Source: Octopus vulgaris (taxonomy: Eukaryota). From it: a stretch of 64,000 bases of DNA. The DNA lies in the NCBI GenBank assembly GCA_951406725.2, contig OX597822.1:57660001-57724000 (forward strand). Direction: 5' to 3'. Position numbers and translations under genes: made by a program. Below the pieces are notes generated by a model that saw only the letters and a list, made by a program, of their open reading frames with translations, had not been told where the DNA came from and did not search any database. Positions 52,489 to 64,000 of this stretch are shown here, one piece after another (the stretch's first letter is position 1; every line of letters starts with the position of its first letter).

Positions 52489-52590
52489 TTGGACAAAGAC
52501 AAGGTAGCAACTTTGATTGAACAACACTTAAGACAAGGCAGTACCCACATGAATGGTCCAATGTCACCAATTACTGTTCCTTCAGGCTGA
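52489..52590 (+). CDS. NRBP1: NRBP terminal coding exon
   Basis: cctttttcag|TTGGAC...GGCTGA; 102 nt phase 0; LDKDKVATLIEQHLRQGSTHMNGPMSPITVPSG*, comparable to NRBP1 C-terminus ADQSRLTSLLEETL...VTVSS. Confidence 0.85.
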   Translation: MDKDKVATLIEQHLRQGSTHMNGPMSPITVPSG

Positions 52591-52983
52591 ACATGAACCC
52601 AACCTTCAGCAGACAGTTTCATCCCCCTCCTATGCCATTGATTGCGTCACCATGTGATGTGTCAGTGCAAACAAACAAACAAACAAAACGTGTACTTCCA
52701 CTTCAGTTTCTTTTGTTTTATTATAATTATTACTGTTATTATTATGAAGTCCTACTCCCACCACAAAACTCCACTAATCCAGGTGACACAAGGCTACATT
52801 CACCATTTTATTATTTTTATGAAGCCCCACTTCTATCAACATAACCTTGCTAGTCACCACATTACTACTACTACTACTACTACTACTATTATTATTATTT
52901 TTATTATTATAACAGCCCACTCCCACCACTTATGTCCCTCTTCCTGCTAACCTAAGACATTACTACAGTCACCATATTTTATT

Positions 52984-53018
<35 letters not shown>

Positions 53019-53833
53019 GGCTAAGTCCTCCACATAAGACCCCCCCCTTGCCACATACACACCATCTATGTAAACATGAATACTACCTACAGTCACCACA
53101 TTTTTTTTTTACTAATCTACCTCTTACAAGGAATAAAAAAATTAAATGACATACCAAAGGTGGGGTGGGGGAGCACTACAACCCTTGCTTGTACATATGT
53201 GCCAGCTGTGTGTGCTCACTACTTCTTTATCATCCCTACCTTCAGCAATGCCATTTGCAAACACTCCATCAACACCATTCACAGTTGACCTGGTCTGCTG
53301 CAGCGACTTCATCGGATCGTAAACTATGATGATGATTTCAGAAGCATCCAGACTTTCAGCGTCCAGTAATAAAAAGAAAAAGAAAAAAGTGGGGACTGTA
53401 GAAGAAGTCCCTATCTCCTCTGCCTGGAGGCGGTGCCTGTTATAAATTTTATGTGAGTTTTGAAAACTGTTTCTGACCATCTACCGTGAGTAGGTACACA
53501 CTGCAAGGGACAAGACATTGCTGACAAAAGAGACATATAAAAGAAACACAAGATGATGATGATGATGATTTTATATTTCATTTCATAATTAATTACTAAT
53601 AATATAAATTAGTATGTCTTTTTTATCTTTATTTGTTTTGTTTTGTTTTCATTTTTTTTAAAGATTTTGTTCAATTTTATGGGTTGTTCTGTTAACACTT
53701 CCCATTTGCGCAGTTCCTGACAACTTTCAGTTAAATGTCTTTCTAACTTGTTATTCATTGTTAATTAATGCTTTCATTTAAAGAAATTTTATAATGATTT
53801 CTTGTAAACCATTTAAACTTTATTCTTTTTTTA

Positions 53834-53866
<33 letters not shown>

Positions 53867-54784
53867 TTGTATATATAATCTTTTAACTTGTTTTAGCCAT
53901 AAACATGAAGACTTTACTAGAACAGAGCTTGTGTATATACATATAAATGAACATATATATATATATACTTGTGTGTGTCTGTTATTCAGGCATCCAACTA
54001 TGATTCCACTGCATCTTATATACCAGAAACAGCTGTAACCTAATAACATAACCATCGCTTTTCCTGTGTCATCTCTTTTTCTTAGATATATGTGTGTGTG
54101 TGTATATATATATATATGAAACAGTGGAAGAATTGGGTCTTTGTTTTTTGTTATATTTAATTCTATGTACCGAATACCATCTCCTTCCATTTGTATAAAT
54201 GAAGATAGATATATATATATATATATATATACGCACACACACACACATATGTATATATGGAGAGAGTAGATGTGTATTTTATATGCTAGCATGGTTTTGT
54301 GACAGCATTCTACATCCTAATGCCTTTCCTGTTGCTAGAACTTAGCTGTTTCTGAAGTATAGGATTTCTCTGTTCCATTGGTCTTTGAAAGTGTTGAGTG
54401 ACCACTCACATTTGTAGGGAATGTAAATATCACATCGCTGTTTTGTTCATGTGATGATAAACGAAGTGGAGTATTTGTATGTACACACACATATGATGAG
54501 CTTCCATATATTTTCTGTCTACTGTTTCCACTTACAAGGCATTGGCCAGTTTGAGGTTATAGTAGAAGAATTGGTCAGTGTTATTCAGTGATATAGAAAT
54601 CAGAACATCATTATGAAGCAGACTATGTATTTATAGATACACAAGTCATATATATATATATATATATGTGTATATAATCATATATCCAACATGGAAGGTT
54701 GACATTAAACAATGATATATATACTGTCTCAAGCTTGTACTTTTTGCTGATACATAAACATGTATGCATCTACAAACACTGGTT

Positions 54785-54851
<67 letters not shown>

Positions 54852-55029
54852 GATATGTTACTTCAAATTACCACTGTTATTGCTATGAGTTTACAAAATA
54901 ACGGTATGTTTAAATAGACAGAAAGATTGTATGTTCACTGGTTTAATGTCCATTTTTCTATGCTAGTATGGATTTCACAGGGTCATACTTGAAGCAGGAT
55001 TTTATGGCCAAATACACTTCCTGTCATCA

Positions 55030-55950
55030 ATTTAGTAAGAGACTTCCTATTCTATAGGCCTCAATTGCAGAGCAACTGATCATAATGTTGACAAGAAATG
55101 CAGACAGTGCAGATGCCTTTTTACATTCCTTGACCAACAGAAGCCCTACTTGCTGTGCAGTACTAGAGAATATCAAATCTCTGTATACCATCATCTCACA
55201 TTTCAGTGATGACCTCTTAGCCCTTAGATTCTTCTCTGACTGGCATATCACAATTAAACTCATTATCTGTACACTTCTGTTTCATTGAACTCATCCTAGC
55301 AACATTGAAGCAGTGAAACCGTAGGTACCAATCTGAGCTGCAATTATATCAATTTGTAGGCCACATTGGAGCCTGAATTTACACTCAGTTTACTGGGATG
55401 ACCCTTGAATCTTATGGACAGTCAATGACTGTATTGATGTGACCTCATTCACTGGAGTGCAACTCACCCTTTTTCATTGTTCAGCAATAACTTCCACTCC
55501 TCACTGGAATTCACCTCTCTAATGCCTCCAACTTCCTACCCATTTCTGTCCTTATTGACACCATCCACTTGGTCCACATCAGTCTGCTATAAACCTTACA
55601 GATTATCAATGCTGCCATGGCTTTTCTTTCTCATATCCCCAACACCCCAAATCTGTCTTCTTTTCATAATCCCTCCAGCTTCATCACCTTTACAATAATG
55701 ACCAAACTTGTTTCCGAGTTGAAGCTTATGCATCAGTTCATCCTCCTAGCCCAATCCCTCAGCCACACTTACACCACATACTCACTCTCCTAGATTATGA
55801 ACTTTCCTTTCTCATCAGCTTCCAGTTGTGACTTAGCTACTTCAGCAAGGCCTCTCTTTTGCAACTTACACTTTCTGCTATCTGACCACAAAACTACATT
55901 TTTCTTTCAAAAAAGAGTAAAAGTATCTGTGCCTTCTAATCAGGAGTTCT
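55030..55950 (-). mobile_element. highly decayed LINE RT fragment, probably RTE clade
   Basis: minus-strand NLRAKRSS...VYRDLIFS resembles the RTE LRAKTK...RELLFADD region; composition differs from flanks. Confidence 0.4.
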
Positions 55951-58034
55951 CTTTTCTCTAAGTAGACCCAGCCAGGTACATCCACATGCTCCCAACTTTG
56001 TTGCCTTACTTGTTCCTTCATCTCCTTTACTAGGCTCCAAGTCTGCAGCCATTGTGATAAACTACTTTCTACATTTTCTCCAACATAATATACTGCATAG
56101 CATGTTAACTCTGTAATGCATTGTACATAGGTGAAATCAGTTATTTGTTGGAAGATAATCTCATGAGCTCAATGTCCCAAATAATGCCTAGTGTACCCTC
56201 ATACAGTCTGATTCTTTAACTCACCTGATTTTGTCTCTGACCACCTCTCAGTCTGTGATGTTTTGCAACACTTTCTAATGACACCCACAAATACAAGGGA
56301 AAATGCATTATCTTCAAAACTGGGCACCCCTGCTCTGCAAATTCTGAATAACTTCAACTTCCTTTGATTTTGCTTTGCACCTTCATATAGTTTCCATGTC
56401 TATGTGTGTGTATTTAGTTATATGACTTGTATTCATATGTTTTGTGTATGTGTCTATAGCAAATCAGCCAAGTCATTGGAGTGTCAAATAAATTGCCTTT
56501 TGGCTCTCTGCACCCTGAGTTCTAATACTGCTATGGTTCAGCTTTGCCTTTCATCTTTTCAGGATTGATAAAGGACCTACTCTGTACTGGGGTTGATTTT
56601 CCTCTTTTTCTTTTTGTTCTCTGTTGTGCTCTCTTTCTAGAAGAAATCAGCTGTGGTTAGGCCTGATGAGGGATAGGCCCTGCCAGATAACAGTGGCAGT
56701 CCTATTAGGAGTTGAGAGCCAAGACAAGACTTGTGTGTTCAGGTTGTGTGTATTTTATGGACATACAACTTTACACATACTGTGTATGCTCTGTGCATTA
56801 TAGTTGTATTCTATATAGTTGTACACAGAACAATGTATATGGCTTTATACATATGGCATATGCTCAGTGCACATATAGTTGTATTCTTCTCACTTAATAT
56901 ACCTACCCTCTCTTTCAACCTTCGTACTTCTCTCCATTTTCTGCCACTTCTTATTACTATCAAGTTCTGGACTATCTCTTGATGCTAGCCACAGATTTGT
57001 ATACAATTTTGACAATTCCTTATTGATCTCAATTCTAGATGTGAGCTCCTTCTACCATCCTTTTCCGATCATATTCCCTCCTCACTTCTGTGCGTGTGGG
57101 TGTGTGTGCGCGCGCATGCATGTCCACTAGTTTTCAGTAGGGTTTTTTTTTTTACTCCTTATGTGATATTTTTTATACCATTCTCCCTTCACTTAACCTC
57201 ATTCTTCTCCTGTCATCCACTTCACACCACCTCACGCTTTTTTTTTCTTTTCTCCCCATAAGACTTCTTTCTTTTAGTTCATTCTTCATTTGCCATATTG
57301 AGGGACAAGGTGACAACATCATTGTATCTTGTCAACTGTCCAGGGCAGAGCAAGAATGTGAAATGTTAGATTCTGAACTAGAGGACTAATGTTTACTGAC
57401 ACAAACCAGCGACCATGGTTCCCGAATTTCTACACTTATTGTCAGCACTACTGGGTCTCACTGAAAACTGAGTCACTGGATACACTCGATTATATGCATT
57501 AATACTGCCCCCTCTGTGACTTCCTTCATTTGTAGGCAACTCATATAGACCAGAGGTTTTTTCTTTTTAAGTCACAGAAATAAGGACAGTGTCTATGTCT
57601 TCTGCAGGTCACACTTCCCAGACTGGTGTAAAAGTTGTGACCAATACATAACCCAGGCATCTGAATTCAATGCCAACTGGATAAACAAGGCTGGGGAGGT
57701 AACAAGGAGAGTCTCTCCTTCAATGATTATAACAGACTGAACCCTTTTAAAGACACATGTTATTGTTGTTGTTGTTGTTTAGCTCCTCTGATTGAGCAGA
57801 CTTATGACAAAAAGGGTTTCACTCATGCATATCAAACACTAAGTAGTCCAATATGTCCTGCCTGTTGTTTTGCAACAACAGGGTATATAATTTGAGGAAT
57901 ATTCAACTGCTATTTCTAGTATGCCAAGCAATCTAATAGAGGTTTCCTTGTTAGCTTGTATGGTGGTGGCAATAGTGGTGTTAATCCATATCTATAGGTC
58001 AGGTGATAGGGTTGCAACTTAGCAATAACAGCTG

Positions 58035-58395
58035 TCTTTTTATCTTTTATTTGTTTCAGTCATTGGACTTCAGTCTTGAAGGGTTTTAGTTGAACAAGTC
58101 GACTCCAGTATTGTGGTACTCCTGTCTTATTGGTCTCTTTTGCTGAAACCACTAAATTATAAGGGTGTAAACAAACCAACACTGGTTGTCAAGTGGTGTA
58201 GGAGACACACAAACATAAAAGCACACACACATATGATGGGCTTCTTGCAGTTTCCAATCTGCTAAATCCACTCACAGGTCTTTGGTTGGCCCAGCTAGAA
58301 GACACTTGCCCATGGTGCCATGCAGTGGGACTGAACCTGAAATCATGTGGATAGTGGTTGGGGAGCAAGCTTCATTACCACACAGCCATGCTTGC
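58035..58395 (-). mobile_element. diverged SINE family B
   Basis: ttgtttcagtcatt...aaatccactcaca...gaagacacttgccc...ccacacagccatg. Confidence 0.75.
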
Positions 58396-61300
58396 AACAT
58401 GATTTACGATAGCTTTCCATTGAAATAATGCAATAAAATATATTCAAGTAATCAACAGCATTTTCAGCATCCACTTTTCCATGTTGGCTTGGGTCAGACA
58501 GAATTCATTGAGGCAGATTTTCTACAGTCAACATGGCCTTCCTGCCACCAGTCTTCAACCTGTTTCTGAGGCAATAATCCTTCACAGCCAGACATGTTTT
58601 TGTGGAAGAGTGGAAATGAACATCACCATTTGTTTTTATGATGGTGACAGTCATTTACAACTAACGTGATGTCAAGTGAAAGAGACAAATACTCTCATGC
58701 AGACACCCATTTGCACATGCATGCATATGTTCATATAACACACACATACATACATATACAAAAAAATACATAAACATAAGTGTTTCAGCGGGGAAGGGGG
58801 TATTAAAGAAATAAAAGATTTTTGCAGAAATTGCCAAATACTTTCAGTTTTGATACACCTTCTCTGAAAGATCGCCTGTATATGCATCTGGTTTCTTTCA
58901 GCTTCCATTTATCAAATCCACTGATGAGGTTTTGGACAGCCCAGGGTTACAGTAGAAGATACTTGTCCAGGGTGCCACACAGTGTGACTGAAGGTAAAAC
59001 CCTGTAGTTAGAAAACAAGCTCTTGACTATACAGCTGAAGTGGTTAACCCAAACAGTGAAAGTAGAATATCCAGGAGATGAATTTCATTGATATTGTTTT
59101 TCCTGTTTTAAAACCAAATTCTAACTTTTATTTTAATATAGATTCCTAATGAGACCTGAAAATTCAGTTATGGTAAATGTAAGTTTTCATGCTGACAGTT
59201 GGTAAAATAACAACAATAATTAAAAACAAGATACTTTGAATAAAAAATCCAGTCATTATTAATTTGTAAAACAACAGCTACAGAAATAACAATAGCAAAA
59301 ACAACTAAACAAGAAGTAAAAAAAATACAGTTAAAAAAATTCAACATTTCTGTTATCATTTGTGACCAATAAATGAATTTTTTCCACACTTTTTTCTTTT
59401 TTTTTTCTTCTTTGTGTAAAAGATTTATTGACCATGACTTATGATTGAACAGATTAATTCACCTTTGACAGGATAATCTATCAGGTATGTTTGGCAAAGA
59501 GATAACTACCTGTTTACTGTGGCAAGGACAAAATATTCACCTCATTTACCAATTGGTAGATAATAATTTTGACCAGAGATAATTGTGAAAGATACATCAC
59601 AGTAACTATCACAAATTATCTCTATATCAATTCTGTGAAAAATATATTTATGTATTTTTAATATTTATGTATCTGTGTATTACAATATAAATACACAAAT
59701 TACTGTTTTGTTTCTATGCACCATAGTTCAAACATACATTCAACAAAAAATTGGTTTCTAATTTTGGCACAATGCCAGCAGTTTCTCTTTTTTTTTTTTT
59801 AGGGGATGGGATTAGTTGATTACATCAACCCCAGTGCTTGACTGGTACTTATTTTATCGACCCTGTAAGGATGAAAGGCAAAGTTGACCTCAGTAAAATT
59901 TGAACTCCAAATGTAATGAATCATAAGAAATGCCACTAAGCATTTAGTCCAATGTGCTAACAGTTTTACCAGCTCATCACCTTACACTTAACAAAAAAAA
60001 TTGAAACTGGTTTATAGTCATTTTCAGTTTGTGAAGAAAGAAATTTCCTCCACTAATAAAACTGGCAAGAAGAAAACATCATTGGCTCAAAAAGTTAACT
60101 ATTTCCATCAACAATACTGCAGAAAGCAAATACAATGGAAAGTTTAGTACAAGCATTTAACATTTAAAAATATTTTCTGCTTTTAATATAAAAAATTCAT
60201 TGATCTTCAATAGAAATAGGTTGTCCCTATTTTCACTACTCCTCTCCTTTTAAATTACATTGGAAAAGTAAGCCTTCTACAAAGAAGCATGATCTATCAA
60301 CTTTTATATAAAGTTCAATAATAATAATATCTTTTTAATTCAGAATCTTTGCAACTGCAAGACTATATTAAAAATACAAAGCAAAGAACATTATTGCAAC
60401 AGCTAGTGTACAGCTATTTCAGTTCTAATCACAATTTCATCAGCTAAACTCTTACATTGCTACATATATCAGTCAAGAATCAACACACTGATACAAAATT
60501 GACAAAAAGTCGAAAATGATTATTTCCAGAATGCACTAAATAGCTTATAGACTGTTGATCGAATTTGATATGTGTTTAATATATTATAAAGCATTTTAGC
60601 CCAGCATAATTTCTGAGTTAGAGCCAAGATGTTTTGGAGCATATGTGTAGAGCCTGCACAATAGAGATGAAGGCACTCTATCAGTATAGCTCTACTGCAG
60701 CTGCCACAAGTATATTCGCTCACCATATTGGGCCTTCATACTGTACAGAACTAAGATATTTAAATATATTGAATATATATATGTGTGTGTGTTCAGAGTG
60801 TAATACATAACACTTTAAATCAGGTGTTCTTACAAGTATACTCTTGATTATGTAAGGTAAATATTTTTTTTTCTTTTAGCTGCGATATTCTGAAGGCTAA
60901 AAGAAAAAAATATTTTCCTTTCAGTTTTGTAAGAAGCAGACACAGCTTGTATTTGGCTTATCAGTTTAATCAATTAATCAGATTATTGTACATACACACA
61001 CACACACACACACATTTCGTCTAAATATAATGAAGCCAGATGGCTTGCAAAACTTAGAATGAAGATAATATACAAGCTTATAAATATAGTGCAATGTTCA
61101 GTATATTCAAATTTGGAATAAATGCTCCAATTCTTATCTAGTATATTTGCTTTTTGAAATGTTAACTACACATACATTTTTCGTGTATTTAATTTGTGTT
61201 TGCTATTAATTACAACTCACTAATTATCATAAACATATCAGTTGATATAATGTGTGTTGTAATGCTACAGAAAGCAATGTCTGAAATTCATTGGGGTTTA

Positions 61301-62629
61301 AGGACATTGCTGTCTTCCACACATACAGGCTTCTCCTTTCTGGTGCTGGTGCCCCATAAAAAGAACCCATGCCAGTGGCACATAAAAAAACACCCAGTGG
61401 AGCACTCTGTTAAGTGGTTGGCATTAGGAAGGGCATCCAGCCATAGAAACAACGCCACAAAGACAATTGGAGTCTGGACAGCTCCATATCAAACTGTCCC
61501 AACTCATGCCAGCATGGAAAGCAGATGTTAAACAATGATGATTAATGACCTAATTGAAAAGCAAGAATACACTGGAGTGATTAGTTGTTGCCATTTCAAG
61601 GCCCATGAAAGGATTTCAGTCCAGCACTAGAAGCTAAGAAAAATGATTACATTCTTTATGCAGTGATCCCACTGCTTAGCACCTAGATAGAGTTGTATAA
61701 GTGAACCACCTCAACATTGTGTAACAGAAAATTAAGTAGTTTAACCAAGGAACTGCATAGCACCAACAATGAGATACAAGCTTAAATTAATCCTTTCAAT
61801 GGGACAATAGAGAACACCAAGATCATATTGACTCAGTTAAAGGCAACTTCACTCACAGTTTTATGTATAACAAAAGATTGAACTTGAAGAATGGTGTCTA
61901 AGTTTATTTTTAAATATGGAGCATGGACCATGTATCACAGTATTTCCAAGATGACAAACATAAAATACAATTTACTGGAGATGAAGAGAGTAATTTTTAC
62001 TTAAAAGTTTTTTTAAAGACAGCTGTGTCTTGATTCATGATATATATTAAAACATTACAATGTGAAGAATAAAGCTTTTCTGTTTTTACTTTTTTTAAAT
62101 TAAAGAAATGAGGACCAGAATGATAAAACTAATAGTTTCAAATAATTTAATCATACAAAGATTTTTTTTAAATACTTTTATACCATGTTTTGATTTTCAA
62201 ATGTTACTGTTCAGAATTTTAAATGGTTAAATTATTTTATTGTTGAACACCTAAAAATGTAGGTTTTTTTTGTTTTGTTTTGTATTTTGTCATTTAAAAA
62301 ATATTTTCAAATAAACATGTTCAACTTTGGGGGATGGATGGGAGGTATTAGAAGCAATGGCCAACTTCAAAAGGTTTAGGAAGCACTGGATTACAAAGAT
62401 TTAACTGGGAGAATAGGTGACAATATGGCTGTGGATGCATATAATTTTACAGAAGACAATAATGTATGTGCATGTATGCCTTTACAGGTAATTTATCAGA
62501 AATTTTAATGTATTTACCAAAAAAACCATTCTTGGATGATTCTTTAAGTGAACAGAGTTTGACTTCAGTGAAAATTTAAGTTACCAAAATGCTGTTTCTT
62601 TTAGAAAAAGGACATACATACATATACAT

Positions 62630-62922
62630 ATGTAAAAAGCATCCAGTTCACATTGTGAAGTGGTTGGCATCTGGAAGAGCATCCAGCTGTAAAAATCATG
62701 CTAAAACTGACTTCACCTGTGCTGGTGCCTTGAAAAAGCACTCAGTTCACTCTGCAGAGCGGTTGGTGTTAAAGGAAGGGCATCCAGCCATAAAAATCAT
62801 ACTTGAAACAGACACATAAATCTCATGTGGTCTTCTACCTGGTTGGCTCCTGTTAAACCGTCCAACCCAGGCCAGCATTGAAGGCAGACATTAAACAACA
62901 ACAATGATGATGATGATGATGA
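62630..62922 (+). mobile_element. retroposon family C with duplicated segment
   Basis: two tandem gtggttgg...gcatccagc segments then ccaacccaggccagcattgaaggcagacattaaac and (gat)n; another copy at 61340-61540. Confidence 0.7.
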
Positions 62923-63615
62923 TAAGCATTCTGTATATCGTATTTCATGCAGATATACTGTAGGAAACCTGGAAACTGCAATATTTGTCTTGAGAAAGCA
63001 TCTTGTATATAGTGTTAAAAAATACAGAAATATAATATTTTCTAAGTACGATGATACAGAATGCTAATTTGAACTAATACTGCTTCCATCACTAATAATG
63101 AATTATATGTTTATATTAATGTATATATAATGTGATATTTGAGAGGTCATCGAAAAATATAAAAACAAGCCAGAAAATAATAAAATCAAAATAAAAATTC
63201 TAGAATTTATTTTGTTTGTTTGTTTTTATTTAAATACAGATTTATTTTGGAAAATAAATAATTAGTACAAACTGCAAATAGAACTAAAAACTAGAGTTTA
63301 AAAGAAACAGATGGTTATAAGTAATATTTTTGATTGCCTTCTTCAACTCAACAATGTTAGAGAGAGAAAGAGAGATAGTAACTAACAAGAGACAAAGAGT
63401 AAGCAAGTATCCAAAAGAAGTGTGAAGTTTTTGGTTTTGTTTGGATTGGTTTATTTATTTATTTTTTCAAAGAACAAAAATAATTTTTTTTTCTGGTAAA
63501 TTTGTGAAAATATCTCAGGATATGAAAGACCAAATATTTCCGGGTTTTTTCTAACAGTGCATATTCAGTTTATTGGCAGAATAAACCTCCCAAAAAACAG
63601 TTCATATATATATAG

Positions 63616-63649
<34 letters not shown>

Positions 63650-64000
63650 CTTTATTATATGTATACTTATAGCATTATACATACATAGTTATATGTAGGT
63701 TAGCTTTATATAGATACATACAGAGTTATATATATAATTTTATGTATAAATAAATTATTGGATAATTCATTTTATTTGTTCCTCTGCGCTTTTTTCTTTT
63801 TTTTTTTTTTTTTTTTTTTTGCTAAGCATTTTTACTTAAGCATCAGTTAATTTGATGGTTGAAAGAAAGTCTTAAAACTTCCAGATACCAAGAAAAAACT
63901 GTTGACACCATGAAATATACAAAGGGAAAATTAATCAACAATAATACAAAAAAAAAGTACAAGTACAGTATAAAAGTTTTGGTAAGATTCACAAGTTAAA

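Noticed and set aside
56655-56710. CTGATGA followed by small stems, hammerhead-like
   Set aside because: No GAAA core or cleavage-site stem

Overview
AT-rich, microsatellite- and SINE-dense animal genomic DNA; the repeat families look like those of coleoid cephalopods (Octopus-like), which is an inference. The window holds the 3' part of one + strand gene, a nuclear receptor-binding protein (NRBP/Madm) pseudokinase: eight GT-AG exons from 34063 to 52590 splice in frame (938 nt) to the stop codon. I found no upstream NRBP exon, so 1..34062 appears to be one intron of over 34 kb, sitting at the start of the activation segment (IGS|VAPD). That intron contains several frame-preserving phase-1 cassette or microexon candidates. 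The best is a 21-nt microexon (21637..21657, GSFFERMF) resembling the VFHRIFAN/VWHRIFSN insert I recall at the same position in vertebrate NRBP1/NRBP2. The rest is transposon-derived: a near-intact 5'-truncated CR1-type LINE, decayed RTE and CR1-like LINEs, a deleted pogo element, mariner and piggyBac-like MITEs, a Helentron-like element and several SINE families. Some repeats form long inverted pairs in the pre-mRNA. Most listed ORFs are low-complexity artefacts. All homology calls are from memory; no searches were run.
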